The translations under genes and the position numbers were made by a program. From contig JBBKVM010000002.1 in the NCBI GenBank assembly GCA_037968415.1, positions 6,030-70,029 of the forward strand: a stretch of 64,000 nucleotides of DNA. The letters are read 5' to 3'. This DNA comes from Bacteroidia bacterium. Lineage in GTDB: Bacteria > Bacteroidota > Bacteroidia > AKYH767-A > JBBKVM01. The notes under the pieces are model-generated. The model made no database searches. It saw only the letters and a list, made by a program, of their open reading frames with translations, and was not told the origin of the DNA. Shown piece by piece: positions 8,693 through 18,949 of this stretch. The stretch's first letter is position 1. Each line of letters begins with the position of its first letter.

Positions 8693-11320
8693 ATGAAGAA
8701 CCTGCTTAAAAAACTATTGCTATACACAATATTGTCACTGATCACTTCGGCAAGCTGTTTTGCATTTAATGTCTATTTAAATGGTGTGAATGAGTATTGC
8801 AACGGATCCAATGGGATGGTATGGGTGAATTCGATCAACGGTGGCACAGCACCCTATTCTTATTCATGGTCCACGGGTTCCAACAACGATACCATTTTCA
8901 ACTTGTCGGCAGGGAGTTATTCCGTGGTGGTAACTGATTTTACTGGGGCTACTGCAACTGCCATTTCTTCAATTAGTAACTATAATTTAAACATTCAGGG
9001 AGCCTGGTCATATGTGAGTTGTTCAGCGCCAGGGATGCATCCTTGTCCATTCGCTACGCCTTGCAACGGAACCATTGGGTGGTGCGCAAGCATTCTTGGC
9101 GGAACACCTCCCTACTCTATTTTCAGCAACATCGGAACCACAGGAACCTCGCCCAATGGAGATTTATATGTTACCGGCTTGTGTAACATGGACAACTTAA
9201 ATGTTTCCATCACGGACTCTCAGGGATGTGGTGACGTAGTATCGATCACAGTGGTGGGGCCTGCATATCCAAATCCAAGTTTTATTCCATCGGGAGCTTG
9301 CAATGGCCAAAATAACGGATCCGTAGCTGTCAGCATTGCGTTTTCAGGATGGGGGGATCAGGGAAGTCTCCTGGATTCATTGCAAAACCCACTTTCTCAA
9401 TGGAGCAATTTTCCCGGTAACATTGCCACTTTTAATAATCTGTATGCAGGCAATTATTTTCTTGAGTATGGCTACTCAGGTGCTGTATCCCAACCTTGCT
9501 CCGGTTTGTTCCCTTTTGCGATTCCAGACTTGGGTCCAACCTGCAGCAATGTGAACGGCAGCGCGTTTGTAGATTTAAATACCAACTGCACAAACGATCC
9601 AAGCGACATTGCGTTGCCAAACACCATTGTGGAATTTACCCCAGGCCCTTACTATGCGATCACAAATGTAAATGGAACATTTTCCACCAACTTGCCGTGG
9701 GGCAATTACAGTGTGGTGCATTATCCCCCATCAGGATTATTGCAACTATGTCCTGCTAATCCTTTGCCGATTACCCTTTCAGCTTTAACACCCACAGTCA
9801 CCGTGAACTTTGCCGATACCAGCGCCATCCCGTTTGACATTTCAGCCAAAATCAGCCATGGTATCGCAAGGCCGGGATTCGATTTTCAGTATGGCCTCAG
9901 AGTCGATAACCACACTTATGTTGCCAGTGGGATGCTGACCGTAACGCTGAATTATGACCCGTTGCTTTCATTTGTATCTGCCAACCCTACACCATTAAGC
10001 ACTTCTCCCGGCCAGGTGGTCTGGCAGCTTAATTCTGTTTCAAATTTCCTTTGGACCAATGCCAGCGTTGTGTTTAATGTGCCTGCCAATCCAGCGCTCA
10101 TCGGAACGCAACTCAATGCAACGGTAACGGTAAATGCTACAACCACCGAACCAAACATCACCAACAATTCGGCTACCACCACCCATCTCATTTCAGGTTC
10201 ATTCGACCCCAATGAAAAACAAGTCACGCCATCGGGGAAATTCCTGCCCGCCACAAACGGGTTGTTCAATTACACCATCCAATTCCAGAACACCGGTAAC
10301 GATACCGCCTTCACCGTGCAGATCATCGACACGCTGAGCGCAAACCTGCAGGTGACCAGTTTTGTGCAGGGAGCCTCTTCGCACCCATACACCACGGAAG
10401 TCAGCGGCCAGGGCGTGCTGCGGTTTACTTTCAACAACATCTACCTACCCGACTCCACCACTGACGAAGCCCGCAGCCACGGCTTTGTTTCGTTTACGAT
10501 AAAACCAAAAGTCAATCTTCCGCATAACACCAACATCACGAATCGATCGAATATTATTTTTGATTTCAACCCACCCATCAATACCAACACTACGCAAAGT
10601 ACTGTTGACCTCACACTCGCCATCAATACCACTGCCGACACTGTCTGCCAAGGTCAATCGGTTACACTCACTATGATTCCCGAACTGACAAACACATCCT
10701 GGCGCTGGCGCGCGGGCACTTGCAACAGCACTATTATAGGCACCGGCAATTCCATCACACTCACTCCTACTGCCACCAATACCTATTATGTCCGAGATTC
10801 ATTGGGCACTATACCTGTTGGCAGCTGTTACCGAAAAACAATTGTGGTGTTGCCCACCCCCGCCACACCTTCCATCACACAAAATTTTGACACGTTGTTC
10901 TCCAGTGCCGCCAATGGAAACCAGTGGTACCTGAATGGCAATGTGATTGTTGGCGCCCTATCTCCCGCATTTATTCCTACGCAAAGTGGAAGTTATTCCG
11001 TAGTGACCACGGCTACCAATGGATGCACTAGATCATCAGCAGCGTATATGTTTATCACCACTTCACAAGTGGGTGTATCAGCAAATCAACATACCATCTA
11101 CCCCAACCCCACTACAGGCATGATTACCACAGAATTGGGCGACACTAATTTTGAAGACGCTGCTATTGTAATCACCAATGTGTTGGGAGAAAAAATAATC
11201 GAAGTAATTTCTCACACCTCCGAATTCTCTTTTGATCTCACAGATTATCCGCAGGGAATATATTTTATCAATTTATCAGTTAACGGTTTAACCACCTCTC
11301 GCAAAATAGTTCGGATGTAA
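8693..11320 (+). CDS. T9SS-sorted adhesin-like protein (SprB repeats + DUF11 + CTD), paralog 3 of 3
   Basis: Same architecture. The CTD is ...IYPNPTTGMITTELGD....AIVITNVLGEKI....LTDYPQGIYFINL. The ORF caller's TTG start at 8675 would overlap paralog 2 by 8 nt; the ATG at 8693 (MKNLLKKLL signal peptide) is preferred. Confidence 0.75.
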   Translation: MKNLLKKLLLYTILSLITSASCFAFNVYLNGVNEYCNGSNGMVWVNSINGGTAPYSYSWSTGSNNDTIFNLSAGSYSVVVTDFTGATATAISSISNYNLNIQGAWSYVSCSAPGMHPCPFATPCNGTIGWCASILGGTPPYSIFSNIGTTGTSPNGDLYVTGLCNMDNLNVSITDSQGCGDVVSITVVGPAYPNPSFIPSGACNGQNNGSVAVSIAFSGWGDQGSLLDSLQNPLSQWSNFPGNIATFNNLYAGNYFLEYGYSGAVSQPCSGLFPFAIPDLGPTCSNVNGSAFVDLNTNCTNDPSDIALPNTIVEFTPGPYYAITNVNGTFSTNLPWGNYSVVHYPPSGLLQLCPANPLPITLSALTPTVTVNFADTSAIPFDISAKISHGIARPGFDFQYGLRVDNHTYVASGMLTVTLNYDPLLSFVSANPTPLSTSPGQVVWQLNSVSNFLWTNASVVFNVPANPALIGTQLNATVTVNATTTEPNITNNSATTTHLISGSFDPNEKQVTPSGKFLPATNGLFNYTIQFQNTGNDTAFTVQIIDTLSANLQVTSFVQGASSHPYTTEVSGQGVLRFTFNNIYLPDSTTDEARSHGFVSFTIKPKVNLPHNTNITNRSNIIFDFNPPINTNTTQSTVDLTLAINTTADTVCQGQSVTLTMIPELTNTSWRWRAGTCNSTIIGTGNSITLTPTATNTYYVRDSLGTIPVGSCYRKTIVVLPTPATPSITQNFDTLFSSAANGNQWYLNGNVIVGALSPAFIPTQSGSYSVVTTATNGCTRSSAAYMFITTSQVGVSANQHTIYPNPTTGMITTELGDTNFEDAAIVITNVLGEKIIEVISHTSEFSFDLTDYPQGIYFINLSVNGLTTSRKIVRM

Positions 11321-11405
11321 TTTCACCAGGTTGTATTGCTCCTTCTTGGGTTTCAAATATTTTATCATGTTTAGAAAACACCGTTAACCAAAAACAAAAA
11401 ATACC

Positions 11406-12260
11406 ATGCGCTGGAAAGGACGACAACAAAGTGGAAACGTAGACGACCGCAGAGGGCGTGGCATCAAGCGCGGTGCCGGGCTGGGTGTAGGCACCATTAT
11501 TATTTTGCTCATCGCGTGGATGATGGGCGCCAACCCGTTGCAACTTTTGCAGCAGGTGCAGGAGCAAAATCCGCAGGCCGAAGTGAGCGGTGACTACCAA
11601 CCTACGGCCGAAGAAGAAGAGTTAGCCGATTTTGTAAAAGTGGTTTTACAAGACACCGAAGATGTATGGAACGAACAGTTTCAAAAGGAATTTGGTACCG
11701 ATTATGAGGAACCTCAGCTGGTATTGTTTACGCAAGTTGTGCGTTCGGCATGTGGCAATGCTTCATCCGCTACGGGCCCGTTTTACTGTCCTGCAGATCG
11801 CAAGGCCTACATTGATTTGAGTTTTTACAACGATTTAAAAAATCGTTTTGGCGCACCGGGCGATTTTGCCATGGCGTATGTGATAGCCCATGAGATAGGC
11901 CACCACGTACAAAATCTGATGGGCATAAGCGAAAAGGTGCAGGGCATGCGCGGCAGTTTATCGGAAGCCGAGTACAACCAGATGAGTGTGCGGGTGGAGT
12001 TGCAGGCCGATTATTTTGCCGGACTGTGGGCGCACCACGCGCAACGCATGAACAACATATTGGAAGAAGGCGATATAGAAGAAGCGTTGAATGCTGCCAA
12101 CGCCATTGGTGACGACCGCCTGCAAAAACAAGCGCAGGGGTATGTGGTGCCCGATGCATTTACACACGGCACTTCGGAGCAACGTATGCGTTGGTTTCGA
12201 AAAGGATATCAGTCGGGAAGCATTCGCGATGGCGATACGTATGGCGCAGTAAATTTATAA
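11406..12260 (+). CDS. YpfJ-family neutral zinc metallopeptidase
   Basis: N-terminal basic/Gly-rich segment plus a single TM, a HEIGHH zinc motif (AHEIGHHVQNLMG) and overall YpfJ/DUF931-like sequence. Confidence 0.75.
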   Translation: MRWKGRQQSGNVDDRRGRGIKRGAGLGVGTIIILLIAWMMGANPLQLLQQVQEQNPQAEVSGDYQPTAEEEELADFVKVVLQDTEDVWNEQFQKEFGTDYEEPQLVLFTQVVRSACGNASSATGPFYCPADRKAYIDLSFYNDLKNRFGAPGDFAMAYVIAHEIGHHVQNLMGISEKVQGMRGSLSEAEYNQMSVRVELQADYFAGLWAHHAQRMNNILEEGDIEEALNAANAIGDDRLQKQAQGYVVPDAFTHGTSEQRMRWFRKGYQSGSIRDGDTYGAVNL

Positions 12261-12264
12261 CCCT

Positions 12265-12738
12265 TCAGCAAAATCGTGGGTCGGCCAGGGCGGGCAATCG
12301 CGCCATGCGGCTTACCTCCAACATGGGGAAGTCAAACTCCTCCACCACCTTGCCTTCCAGCAGGTACACGCCATATCCGGTAAAGGGATTTTTTTTGAGT
12401 GAGGGCGGGAAGTGTGTGGTGTCATAAAATTTTCCTTCGCGGTCGAAGAAAGTGCCAAAGATCATAAGTTCTCTGCGCACGGTGGTCACGTATTTGCGTG
12501 TCACCAGGTTGCCGAGCATGCGCACGGTGCGGCCGGTGTGGGCGGGCAGTTCGCGCGCCAGCACGCCTCCGCGGTAGGTCGTCTTGAGCATATCGAAATG
12601 CGTGCACGACACCGGAAAACCCAGCAGTTCCATTTCGTCATAGGCATCCTCGAGCGGATGGTGTACCAGCGCGGGCAGCTCAAACGCGCGCGGGGCGGTG
12701 CGAAAAAGCTCTTCCTGTATTTTGAGTTCGTATTTCAT
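12265..12738 (-). pseudogene. dnaE2: C-terminal fragment of a DnaE2/ImuC-like error-prone DNA polymerase (OB-fold region); gene interrupted upstream
   Basis: GC-rich ORF encoding ...MELLGFPVSCTHFDML (the ELLGF.SGHP-like post-HhH motif) followed by the DnaE OB-fold signature VRMLGNLVTRKYVTTVRRELMIFGTFFDREGKFYDTT. The open frame runs only about 12 codons upstream of the Met, to a stop at 12775, into AT-rich DNA. Its N-terminal partner is the ORF at 19276-21741. Confidence 0.6.
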
Positions 12739-12851
12739 GGGCGTTTTGTGACGAAAATATTGACGAAAATGGTTTTAAAAATATAGCAATAAAAAGGTGA
12801 ACACCGTTCACTTTTTACTTAACTTACATGTTGCATCAAAAAGAAGCATCA

Positions 12852-14435
12852 ATGAAATTAAAAACACATCTGCTGCAATTTATTTTTGTTCTGTGGTGCA
12901 TGCCTTCTGCATTTGCGCAGCAACTCAGCTCGCCACAAAGCATAGAAACAAATAATGTGAAAGCGCTGGTTCATTCAAACGGACCCCTGTTTTGGGATCT
13001 GACAACCAACGCAGGGTATGAAGTTCCGAAAGGTTCGGGCTTATCCACGATTTTTGTCAGCGGTTTATGGATTGGTGGATTTGACGCAAACCAAAACATG
13101 TATTTTGCGGCCGAACGACATCGCACACCAACAAAAATGGATTTTTTCTCAGGCCCGCTGGATACTGTGAATGGCAACGCCCCGAACCCACTCAATTGGT
13201 CGAAAACATGGAGAATAAAACAGAGTGAAGTGGACTACCACAAAAACTTCTGGAACCAACCGGGATATACCATGCCCGTATCAGTGGCTCAATGGCCCGG
13301 ACCGGGTTTCGGAACGCTGCCATCAAGCCTGGCCCCGTTTGTCGATATCAACAACAACCAGATATACGAGCCCATGCTGGGCGACTATCCGGCTATAAAA
13401 GGTGATGAGTGTCTCTACTTTATCATGAACGACAACTATGCTGCCCACACCGAATCCAACTGCCCGGCCATGAAAATTGAAGTGCGGGGAATGGTATACG
13501 CCTTTGACGCTCCTGCCAACCCGACAATGAATCACACCGTTTTCCTTCACTATGACATCATCAATCGTTCAAACATAATATATGATTCGGTACTGGTTGG
13601 GATGTTCGCAGATTTTGATGTGGGCAATTACGCTGATGATTTCATAGGAACGGATGTGACCAACAAAATGATTTACGCTTACAACGGTGATTCAATTGAC
13701 GAAGGGCCTGATGGCTATGGCCTCAATCCTCCGGCCCAGGGATTGATATTTCTGAATCACCCGTTAAGACGCTCAATGGGGTATACACAAGATTTTAGCA
13801 CATGGCCAGATCCTACGGTAATTTGCGGTGATTTTTACAGGACTTTTAATTGTATATGGAAGGATGGCACACCGCTTACTTTTGGGGGCAACGGATACAG
13901 TCCCGGTGGCGGAGGTATCCCCACCAATTATATTTTCCCGGGCAACACCGATCCTGCTTTTCAGGGACAGAACTGGGTGGATGTTTCGCCCCCGGCTGAC
14001 CGAAGAATCATTGGTTCTGTTGGCCCTTTTCAATTTGCACCCGGTGATCACATTTATATGGAGACGGCCTATGTGTATGCCCGCGCCACAAGTGGCGGCC
14101 CGTGGGCCAGCGTGATGCAATTACAGCAAGCAGCCGCACAAGTCAACACCTGGTATAGCGGAATTTCAAATGCACCTTCATACCCGGCAAGCCGTGATAA
14201 GGTAAATATTTACCCCAACCCCATGTCAGAGCGTGCCACCGTATATTTTGACAACGCCCAGCGCACGGCCTACACACTTTCTGTGGTCGACATTACCGGC
14301 AGAGAAGTATTTACGCAACACAACATCACCGAGGGGCAAGTAGAAATTCAACGCGGCAACCTGCCTGCCGGAATGTATGTGCTCGCGCTTCAATCCAACA
14401 CGCAACTGCTCACCAAAAAATTTGTGATTCGATAG
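12852..14435 (+). CDS. secreted protein of unknown function with T9SS C-terminal sorting domain
   Basis: Signal peptide MKLKTHLLQFIFVLWCMPSAFAQQ. The C-terminal Por_Secre_tail-like domain is VNIYPNPMSERATVYFDN....LSVVDITGREVF....LPAGMYVLAL. Composition is AT-richer than the flanking dnaE2 fragments. Confidence 0.7.
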   Translation: MKLKTHLLQFIFVLWCMPSAFAQQLSSPQSIETNNVKALVHSNGPLFWDLTTNAGYEVPKGSGLSTIFVSGLWIGGFDANQNMYFAAERHRTPTKMDFFSGPLDTVNGNAPNPLNWSKTWRIKQSEVDYHKNFWNQPGYTMPVSVAQWPGPGFGTLPSSLAPFVDINNNQIYEPMLGDYPAIKGDECLYFIMNDNYAAHTESNCPAMKIEVRGMVYAFDAPANPTMNHTVFLHYDIINRSNIIYDSVLVGMFADFDVGNYADDFIGTDVTNKMIYAYNGDSIDEGPDGYGLNPPAQGLIFLNHPLRRSMGYTQDFSTWPDPTVICGDFYRTFNCIWKDGTPLTFGGNGYSPGGGGIPTNYIFPGNTDPAFQGQNWVDVSPPADRRIIGSVGPFQFAPGDHIYMETAYVYARATSGGPWASVMQLQQAAAQVNTWYSGISNAPSYPASRDKVNIYPNPMSERATVYFDNAQRTAYTLSVVDITGREVFTQHNITEGQVEIQRGNLPAGMYVLALQSNTQLLTKKFVIR

Positions 14436-14662
14436 CGCGCTAATTATTCTGTTTTTTCCCCTTCGATAATTTGCCTTTACCGTTGGTAATAAAATTACCA
14501 TGCATTGAAAACCCCTTCGGATTTTAATTTCGTATTTCACAGCGTATCATGACAATTCTTCAGGCAGGTTAGCCTAAACAATCTTAAAAAAACCTGAATG
14601 CTTGTAAACAGTCTTAATAAGCATTAAGAACTAAGAAGTTGCATGAAACAAAGCAGAAAAAA

Positions 14663-14699
14663 TAAAAGGGGCTGACAATTGCCAGCCCTTTTGTTTTTA
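14663..14699. terminator. bidirectional intrinsic terminator between convergent genes
   Basis: aaaaGGGGCTGacaattgcCAGCCCtttt gttttt: a GC stem of about 7-10 bp with an A-run 5' and a T-run 3', so it is usable on both strands. It lies between the stop of the 12852-14435 (+) gene and the stop of the 14700-15500 (-) gene. Confidence 0.5.
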
Positions 14700-15500
14700 T
14701 TATTGTCCTGTCTTATGCGTCAGGTCTGTAATAGCCACGATATATTGTTTGGGATTCGTGGAATACTTTATCATATAGTTGAGAGGATAATAACCTGTGT
14801 GCTTCACAGCCTGTGGCTGACGAATCGGCAATACCTCATCTGGTTGCGACAGCAGGTGAGCCAATGTGATCATGGGCTCATAAAAAATAAACTCGCCATC
14901 GTAACTTCCATAAATAAATGTACGGGAGAAAGGCTGGCCGTTAAATTCGGGCGCCAACAAATCTATCCAATGCGCTCCCATCTGTGGTACCCCTCCGGGT
15001 GTGTGCAGATATGCAGGCGGCCGATACATGGCCGCAGGCGCATTTGAAAACTGTGTTGAGTCAAATGGACCAATTGACAAACGGGTCGCCAAAGGCATGG
15101 TGTAAAAGTGAAAATCAAAGTGCGGGGAATCGTACACTCCGGGAGGCTCATGCCCTTGTGGATTCCAGTCAAAAAGCACGTGCGTGAAATTGATTGACAC
15201 ATGCGTTGGCAATGCCAGCGAATATTGTCTTGGATCGGCAGGCAGGTTCTGCAATGCCTTATCCGACATACTTAAACCCACTGACAACGGGATGCCATTC
15301 TGATCCTGCGATACCCAGGCGCGCACTACGCCATTTCCAAGCGGTTGGGCGGGTCCGTAAAATGTCATCACTTCTTTGCGCTGGTCGACCATCGTCTGGT
15401 CACTTGTTGATGAGTCTATCATAGGCTCTTCTTTCTGGCACGATGCAAGCATCATCGTGGCTGCCACAAGCAGGCAGCTTAACTTCATGGTGGTTTTCAT
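14700..15500 (-). CDS. hypothetical lipoprotein
   Basis: 266 aa with a lipoprotein signal (MKTTMKLSCLLVAATMMLASCQKEE). No recognisable catalytic motif. Confidence 0.5.
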   Translation of the reverse strand: MKTTMKLSCLLVAATMMLASCQKEEPMIDSSTSDQTMVDQRKEVMTFYGPAQPLGNGVVRAWVSQDQNGIPLSVGLSMSDKALQNLPADPRQYSLALPTHVSINFTHVLFDWNPQGHEPPGVYDSPHFDFHFYTMPLATRLSIGPFDSTQFSNAPAAMYRPPAYLHTPGGVPQMGAHWIDLLAPEFNGQPFSRTFIYGSYDGEFIFYEPMITLAHLLSQPDEVLPIRQPQAVKHTGYYPLNYMIKYSTNPKQYIVAITDLTHKTGQ

Positions 15501-15769
15501 GGTGAGATTTTTAAGTTAAATAAACATGACAATTGGACAATTTATCATTTCATTTTGGGATTGTCAATACCCTATCATGTAATTTATTTCGCCACCGCCA
15601 TGTGGGTTTCATTAATATTGCAACATAACTTTCCTCACATAGTTTATACTCGTGGCCTTGTCCTCAAAGTGCAACAGTTACACACCTTTGTGAGTCTGAG
15701 AACCATCCATGACAGTTTCTTGAACAAATGAAGCATTGAATTACTCTTGCGCTAACACATTGCGAATGT

Positions 15770-17029
15770 TTAATCACAAACCACCAGTTTCCCTGAAAAG
15801 TGCGAATTATCTCTCCCGGTAATTCTGTAAAAATATATTCCGGCAATCAAATTATCACTCAATCGAATTGTATTATCATCAGTGGCTACTTCATATACCA
15901 ACACACCCAAAGTATTATAGAACTGAATAGTATATGTATTGCTGGAGCTAGATGGTAAGAACAACTGATTTCCTGTTTTTGCAGGATTTGGGTAAATTTT
16001 TACAAATGATTCATGACTTTGATTCATAATTGAAGTATTCCAATCACAACCTACCCCCCCACCTATCAAATAATTCCCGTTATCCCAAAAACATGCTGTC
16101 TGAGAACCATAATTAATACATGCATATTGAGGTATTTCCATGTAAAAAGAACCAATAAAAGCACCGATTCCCTCAATCCAGTAAAATCCAGCTTCGCAGG
16201 TAAAGCCCCACACATTCATCGGGTTCAATGGTGTCATTTGATGCAAAAGTCTCATTCCATTACCAGTATAAAACTGAGCAAAGTGTTCAAGTTTAAAAGA
16301 GAAAACCGAATCGCTGACGTAGTTAAATAATCTTACATTAAATGTATCGCCAGGCTGTAGATTATAATCAAACAAAAGGAGTTCTGTAGTATCAAAGCCA
16401 GAGGTCAAAGGATATTTGACATACCATTTGCGCGATTCTTCCCGAAGGAAGCAATGAAGTGTATCGGAAGGGGCATTATAATTCAAATCAATCCCGGAAT
16501 ATATTTTGTTGAACACTTTATTATCAATAACAGTGTCGCCTCGCATCTTATATTGTGTTGTTCTGGAAAATGGAATCAGGCTATTGGATAGCCGAATACT
16601 CCATTGAACGCTGTCTTCCGGCATTTTAATATATGGGAAATATATGTATCTGATTGTACCCAATACAACCGGTGCAACACTGCATGGACGCATATTAGTT
16701 AGGGCCCTGAAAGTACCGGTGTATGGAGCTTTCCAATACAATCCAAATGCTCCACTAGGGTGAGTACCGTCATAAGCATAGCTAAAAGTTCCGGTCGAAT
16801 CGAGTATTGTAATTTCACCCGGATTTACTATTGTTTGGCTTGTCCAAAAGTAACGGTCTCCAGAATCGGCATGAAAGGTATAATATCGGTTACCGGTTAC
16901 TAAAATAGTTTGATCAGTATTTGAAAAATTTAATGTCCCGCCAAAAAATCCACCGGTACATTGCGCCAGCGAACATGCGGGAATAAGATTGGCAATGAGC
17001 AGCATTATAATTGTGGCTTTCGTTTTCAT
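15770..17029 (-). CDS. secreted protein with T9SS C-terminal sorting domain (paralog of 17046-17966)
   Basis: The true start is probably MKTKATIIMLLIANLIPACSLAQ at 17029; the ORF caller's 17086 start reads through the neighbour's 3' end. The CTD ...TYTIQFYNTLGVLVYEVATDDNTIRLSDNLIAGIYFYRITGRDNSHFSGKLVV is near-identical to that of the upstream gene. Confidence 0.7.
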   Translation of the reverse strand: MKTKATIIMLLIANLIPACSLAQCTGGFFGGTLNFSNTDQTILVTGNRYYTFHADSGDRYFWTSQTIVNPGEITILDSTGTFSYAYDGTHPSGAFGLYWKAPYTGTFRALTNMRPCSVAPVVLGTIRYIYFPYIKMPEDSVQWSIRLSNSLIPFSRTTQYKMRGDTVIDNKVFNKIYSGIDLNYNAPSDTLHCFLREESRKWYVKYPLTSGFDTTELLLFDYNLQPGDTFNVRLFNYVSDSVFSFKLEHFAQFYTGNGMRLLHQMTPLNPMNVWGFTCEAGFYWIEGIGAFIGSFYMEIPQYACINYGSQTACFWDNGNYLIGGGVGCDWNTSIMNQSHESFVKIYPNPAKTGNQLFLPSSSSNTYTIQFYNTLGVLVYEVATDDNTIRLSDNLIAGIYFYRITGRDNSHFSGKLVVCD

Positions 17030-17045
17030 TTCAAATATTTTGTGT

Positions 17046-17966
17046 TTAATCACAAACCACCAGTTTCCCTGAAAAGTGCGAATCATCTATTCCGGTAATT
17101 CTGTAAAAATATATTCCGGAAATCAAATTGTCATTCAATCTGATTGTGTTATCATCAGTGGCTACTTCATACACCAACACACCCATAACATTATAGAACT
17201 GAATAGTATAAGTTTTGCTGGCGCGTAACGTCAAGTACAACTGACCTCCCCTTTTTACAGGATTGGGATGTACCAATACTTTATTATCATGTTCAATATT
17301 TTCGACAGTTGTAAAAATCGGACAGGCTGTGTTGGTGTCAGGATATAATGTGATTCCATCAATCGAAAAACACACCAACTGACTTGAACTTTCAAAAGGA
17401 TCTAACATTTCTATTAATCCCTTGGTGCTTCCGATGCCCTCTATTAAAAAAGCATAATTCATCGGAAACCCACAGCCATTCATCAGATTAATTTTTTTTC
17501 GATAACTGCTCCCAATCTGTATAGAATCAATTGAAGTTATTATTTTATATGGACATTGTCCGAGAAGTGGAGGGGGTATTGTGTCACCAATCTGGAGCGA
17601 AAAATCATATAAAACAGAAAGCGTGCCCAAAGATCCATCTAAAAAGTAAACTTTTTTCTGTGATGTATCTTGTCGAATTGCACCCATGTAAAACCAACTT
17701 TCGTAGATTGGAAATCCTGAATTATTAAACCATCCGGATCTAATCAACTTTGTATATGGAACACCGTTTATTAATGTATCATTTCCCAGTTCATATTGAT
17801 ACGCAGACAAGTAATTAGTTCCAAATGGATTATCCCATCGTACCAGATCAACCCTCCACACCGCACCTGAATCAGGGAAAGGATGATACACGTTGGTTTG
17901 CGCATGACTTATCCCGCCATAGTGTAACAGCAATGTGATGATAGCGGATATGAAAAAAAATTTCAT
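17046..17966 (-). CDS. secreted protein with T9SS C-terminal sorting domain
   Basis: Signal peptide MKFFFISAIITLLLHYGGISHAQ. The CTD ...KTYTIQFYNVMGVLVYEVATDDNTIRLNDNLISGIYFYRITGIDDSHFSGKLVV shares roughly 150 nt of near-identical DNA with the 3' end of the 15770-17029 gene. Confidence 0.7.
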   Translation of the reverse strand: MKFFFISAIITLLLHYGGISHAQTNVYHPFPDSGAVWRVDLVRWDNPFGTNYLSAYQYELGNDTLINGVPYTKLIRSGWFNNSGFPIYESWFYMGAIRQDTSQKKVYFLDGSLGTLSVLYDFSLQIGDTIPPPLLGQCPYKIITSIDSIQIGSSYRKKINLMNGCGFPMNYAFLIEGIGSTKGLIEMLDPFESSSQLVCFSIDGITLYPDTNTACPIFTTVENIEHDNKVLVHPNPVKRGGQLYLTLRASKTYTIQFYNVMGVLVYEVATDDNTIRLNDNLISGIYFYRITGIDDSHFSGKLVVCD

Positions 17967-17977
17967 GAATTGAATTA

Positions 17978-18949
17978 TTAAAAATGCTTAACAAACTTTT
18001 TAGCATATCTGTTGGTCGGTGTTTCAATAACAATGTTGTAAATACCATCAGGCAAACTCTGTATATATAAATCAATACCGCTTATTATCTCTTTGTCTAA
18101 TACTAATTTTGCGTTTATATCATAAATGTAAATGTGAAAACTAAAATCTTCTCTCGCTTTAATTGATAAGATACTCGAGGCAGGATTAGGAAAAACTGAA
18201 ACTTTTTCTTCAACTTTTATTTCCTCTACGCCTATTAGCGTGCCTATTGCTATAAACAAATCTTCTAATAGCCAACCTCCTCTGTTATTCTGAATACTAT
18301 CGCTAGCAAAAAGAAATTTTATCATAATACTGTCAGGTGTTATAATATTGGGATTAAAAATCCAATACCAGTATTTTTCATGGTGTATCCAATTACTGAG
18401 AAATGAAACATCTTTTGAAATTCCTGAATAACCGGGCGCATTTAAGCTTTGAACAAAACCGTTTGGATCATAAATTAAATTTCCTTCATCATATATTGGA
18501 TCATGTACTGCATTTATCCAGTTTTGTCCTCCATCATAAGAAATTTCAATAGTGCCCCCATCTGTTAATGTATCTGTATCATACTTACTATGAAAGCTTA
18601 AGACAGTATAATCACATTGACATTTAAAAATACTATTTACGTCATCATTGCCCATAAATTGAAAGGGCACGGTGAAAATAAAGGAAGAATAAGCGTTGGT
18701 TGGGTAGGGTAGAAAAGTATCTGTGACTATTCCTTTTTGCTGAGATATTGCTGCTCCGTTAAAATTAATAATACTTTTATTTGGTGTTCCAATTTGCCAG
18801 ATATTATTGGTTGAAGTATCGATTTTAATATAGTCTTCATAGAAGCTGCCCATATTATCCTCAAAAGAGATTAGCAGCCCTGTATTACTAATTTGTGCAT
18901 GGGTACAATTAAAAATCAAAATCAGGAATACTGTTAGTGATGTTTTCAT
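17978..18949 (-). CDS. secreted protein with T9SS C-terminal sorting domain
   Basis: Start chosen at MKTSLTVFLILIFNCTHAQ (18949). The CTD is VFPNPASSILSIKAREDFSFHIYIYDINAKLVL....LPDGIYNIVI. Confidence 0.65.
   Translation of the reverse strand: MKTSLTVFLILIFNCTHAQISNTGLLISFEDNMGSFYEDYIKIDTSTNNIWQIGTPNKSIINFNGAAISQQKGIVTDTFLPYPTNAYSSFIFTVPFQFMGNDDVNSIFKCQCDYTVLSFHSKYDTDTLTDGGTIEISYDGGQNWINAVHDPIYDEGNLIYDPNGFVQSLNAPGYSGISKDVSFLSNWIHHEKYWYWIFNPNIITPDSIMIKFLFASDSIQNNRGGWLLEDLFIAIGTLIGVEEIKVEEKVSVFPNPASSILSIKAREDFSFHIYIYDINAKLVLDKEIISGIDLYIQSLPDGIYNIVIETPTNRYAKKFVKHF

Noticed and set aside
12739-12775. Target-site duplication or terminal inverted repeats at the junctions of the island inserted in dnaE2, compared with 19204-19276
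   Set aside because: Only trivial shared pentamers such as CGTTT were found. There is no convincing direct or inverted repeat and no integrase or transposase gene. The insertion mechanism is left open.
15664-15846. 60-aa ORF overlapping the 3' end of the 15770-17029 gene
   Set aside because: It is an out-of-frame reading of the duplicated CTD-coding repeat. The same peptide start (MIRTFQGNWWFVIKH) appears as the false N-terminal extension of the 15770-17086 ORF.
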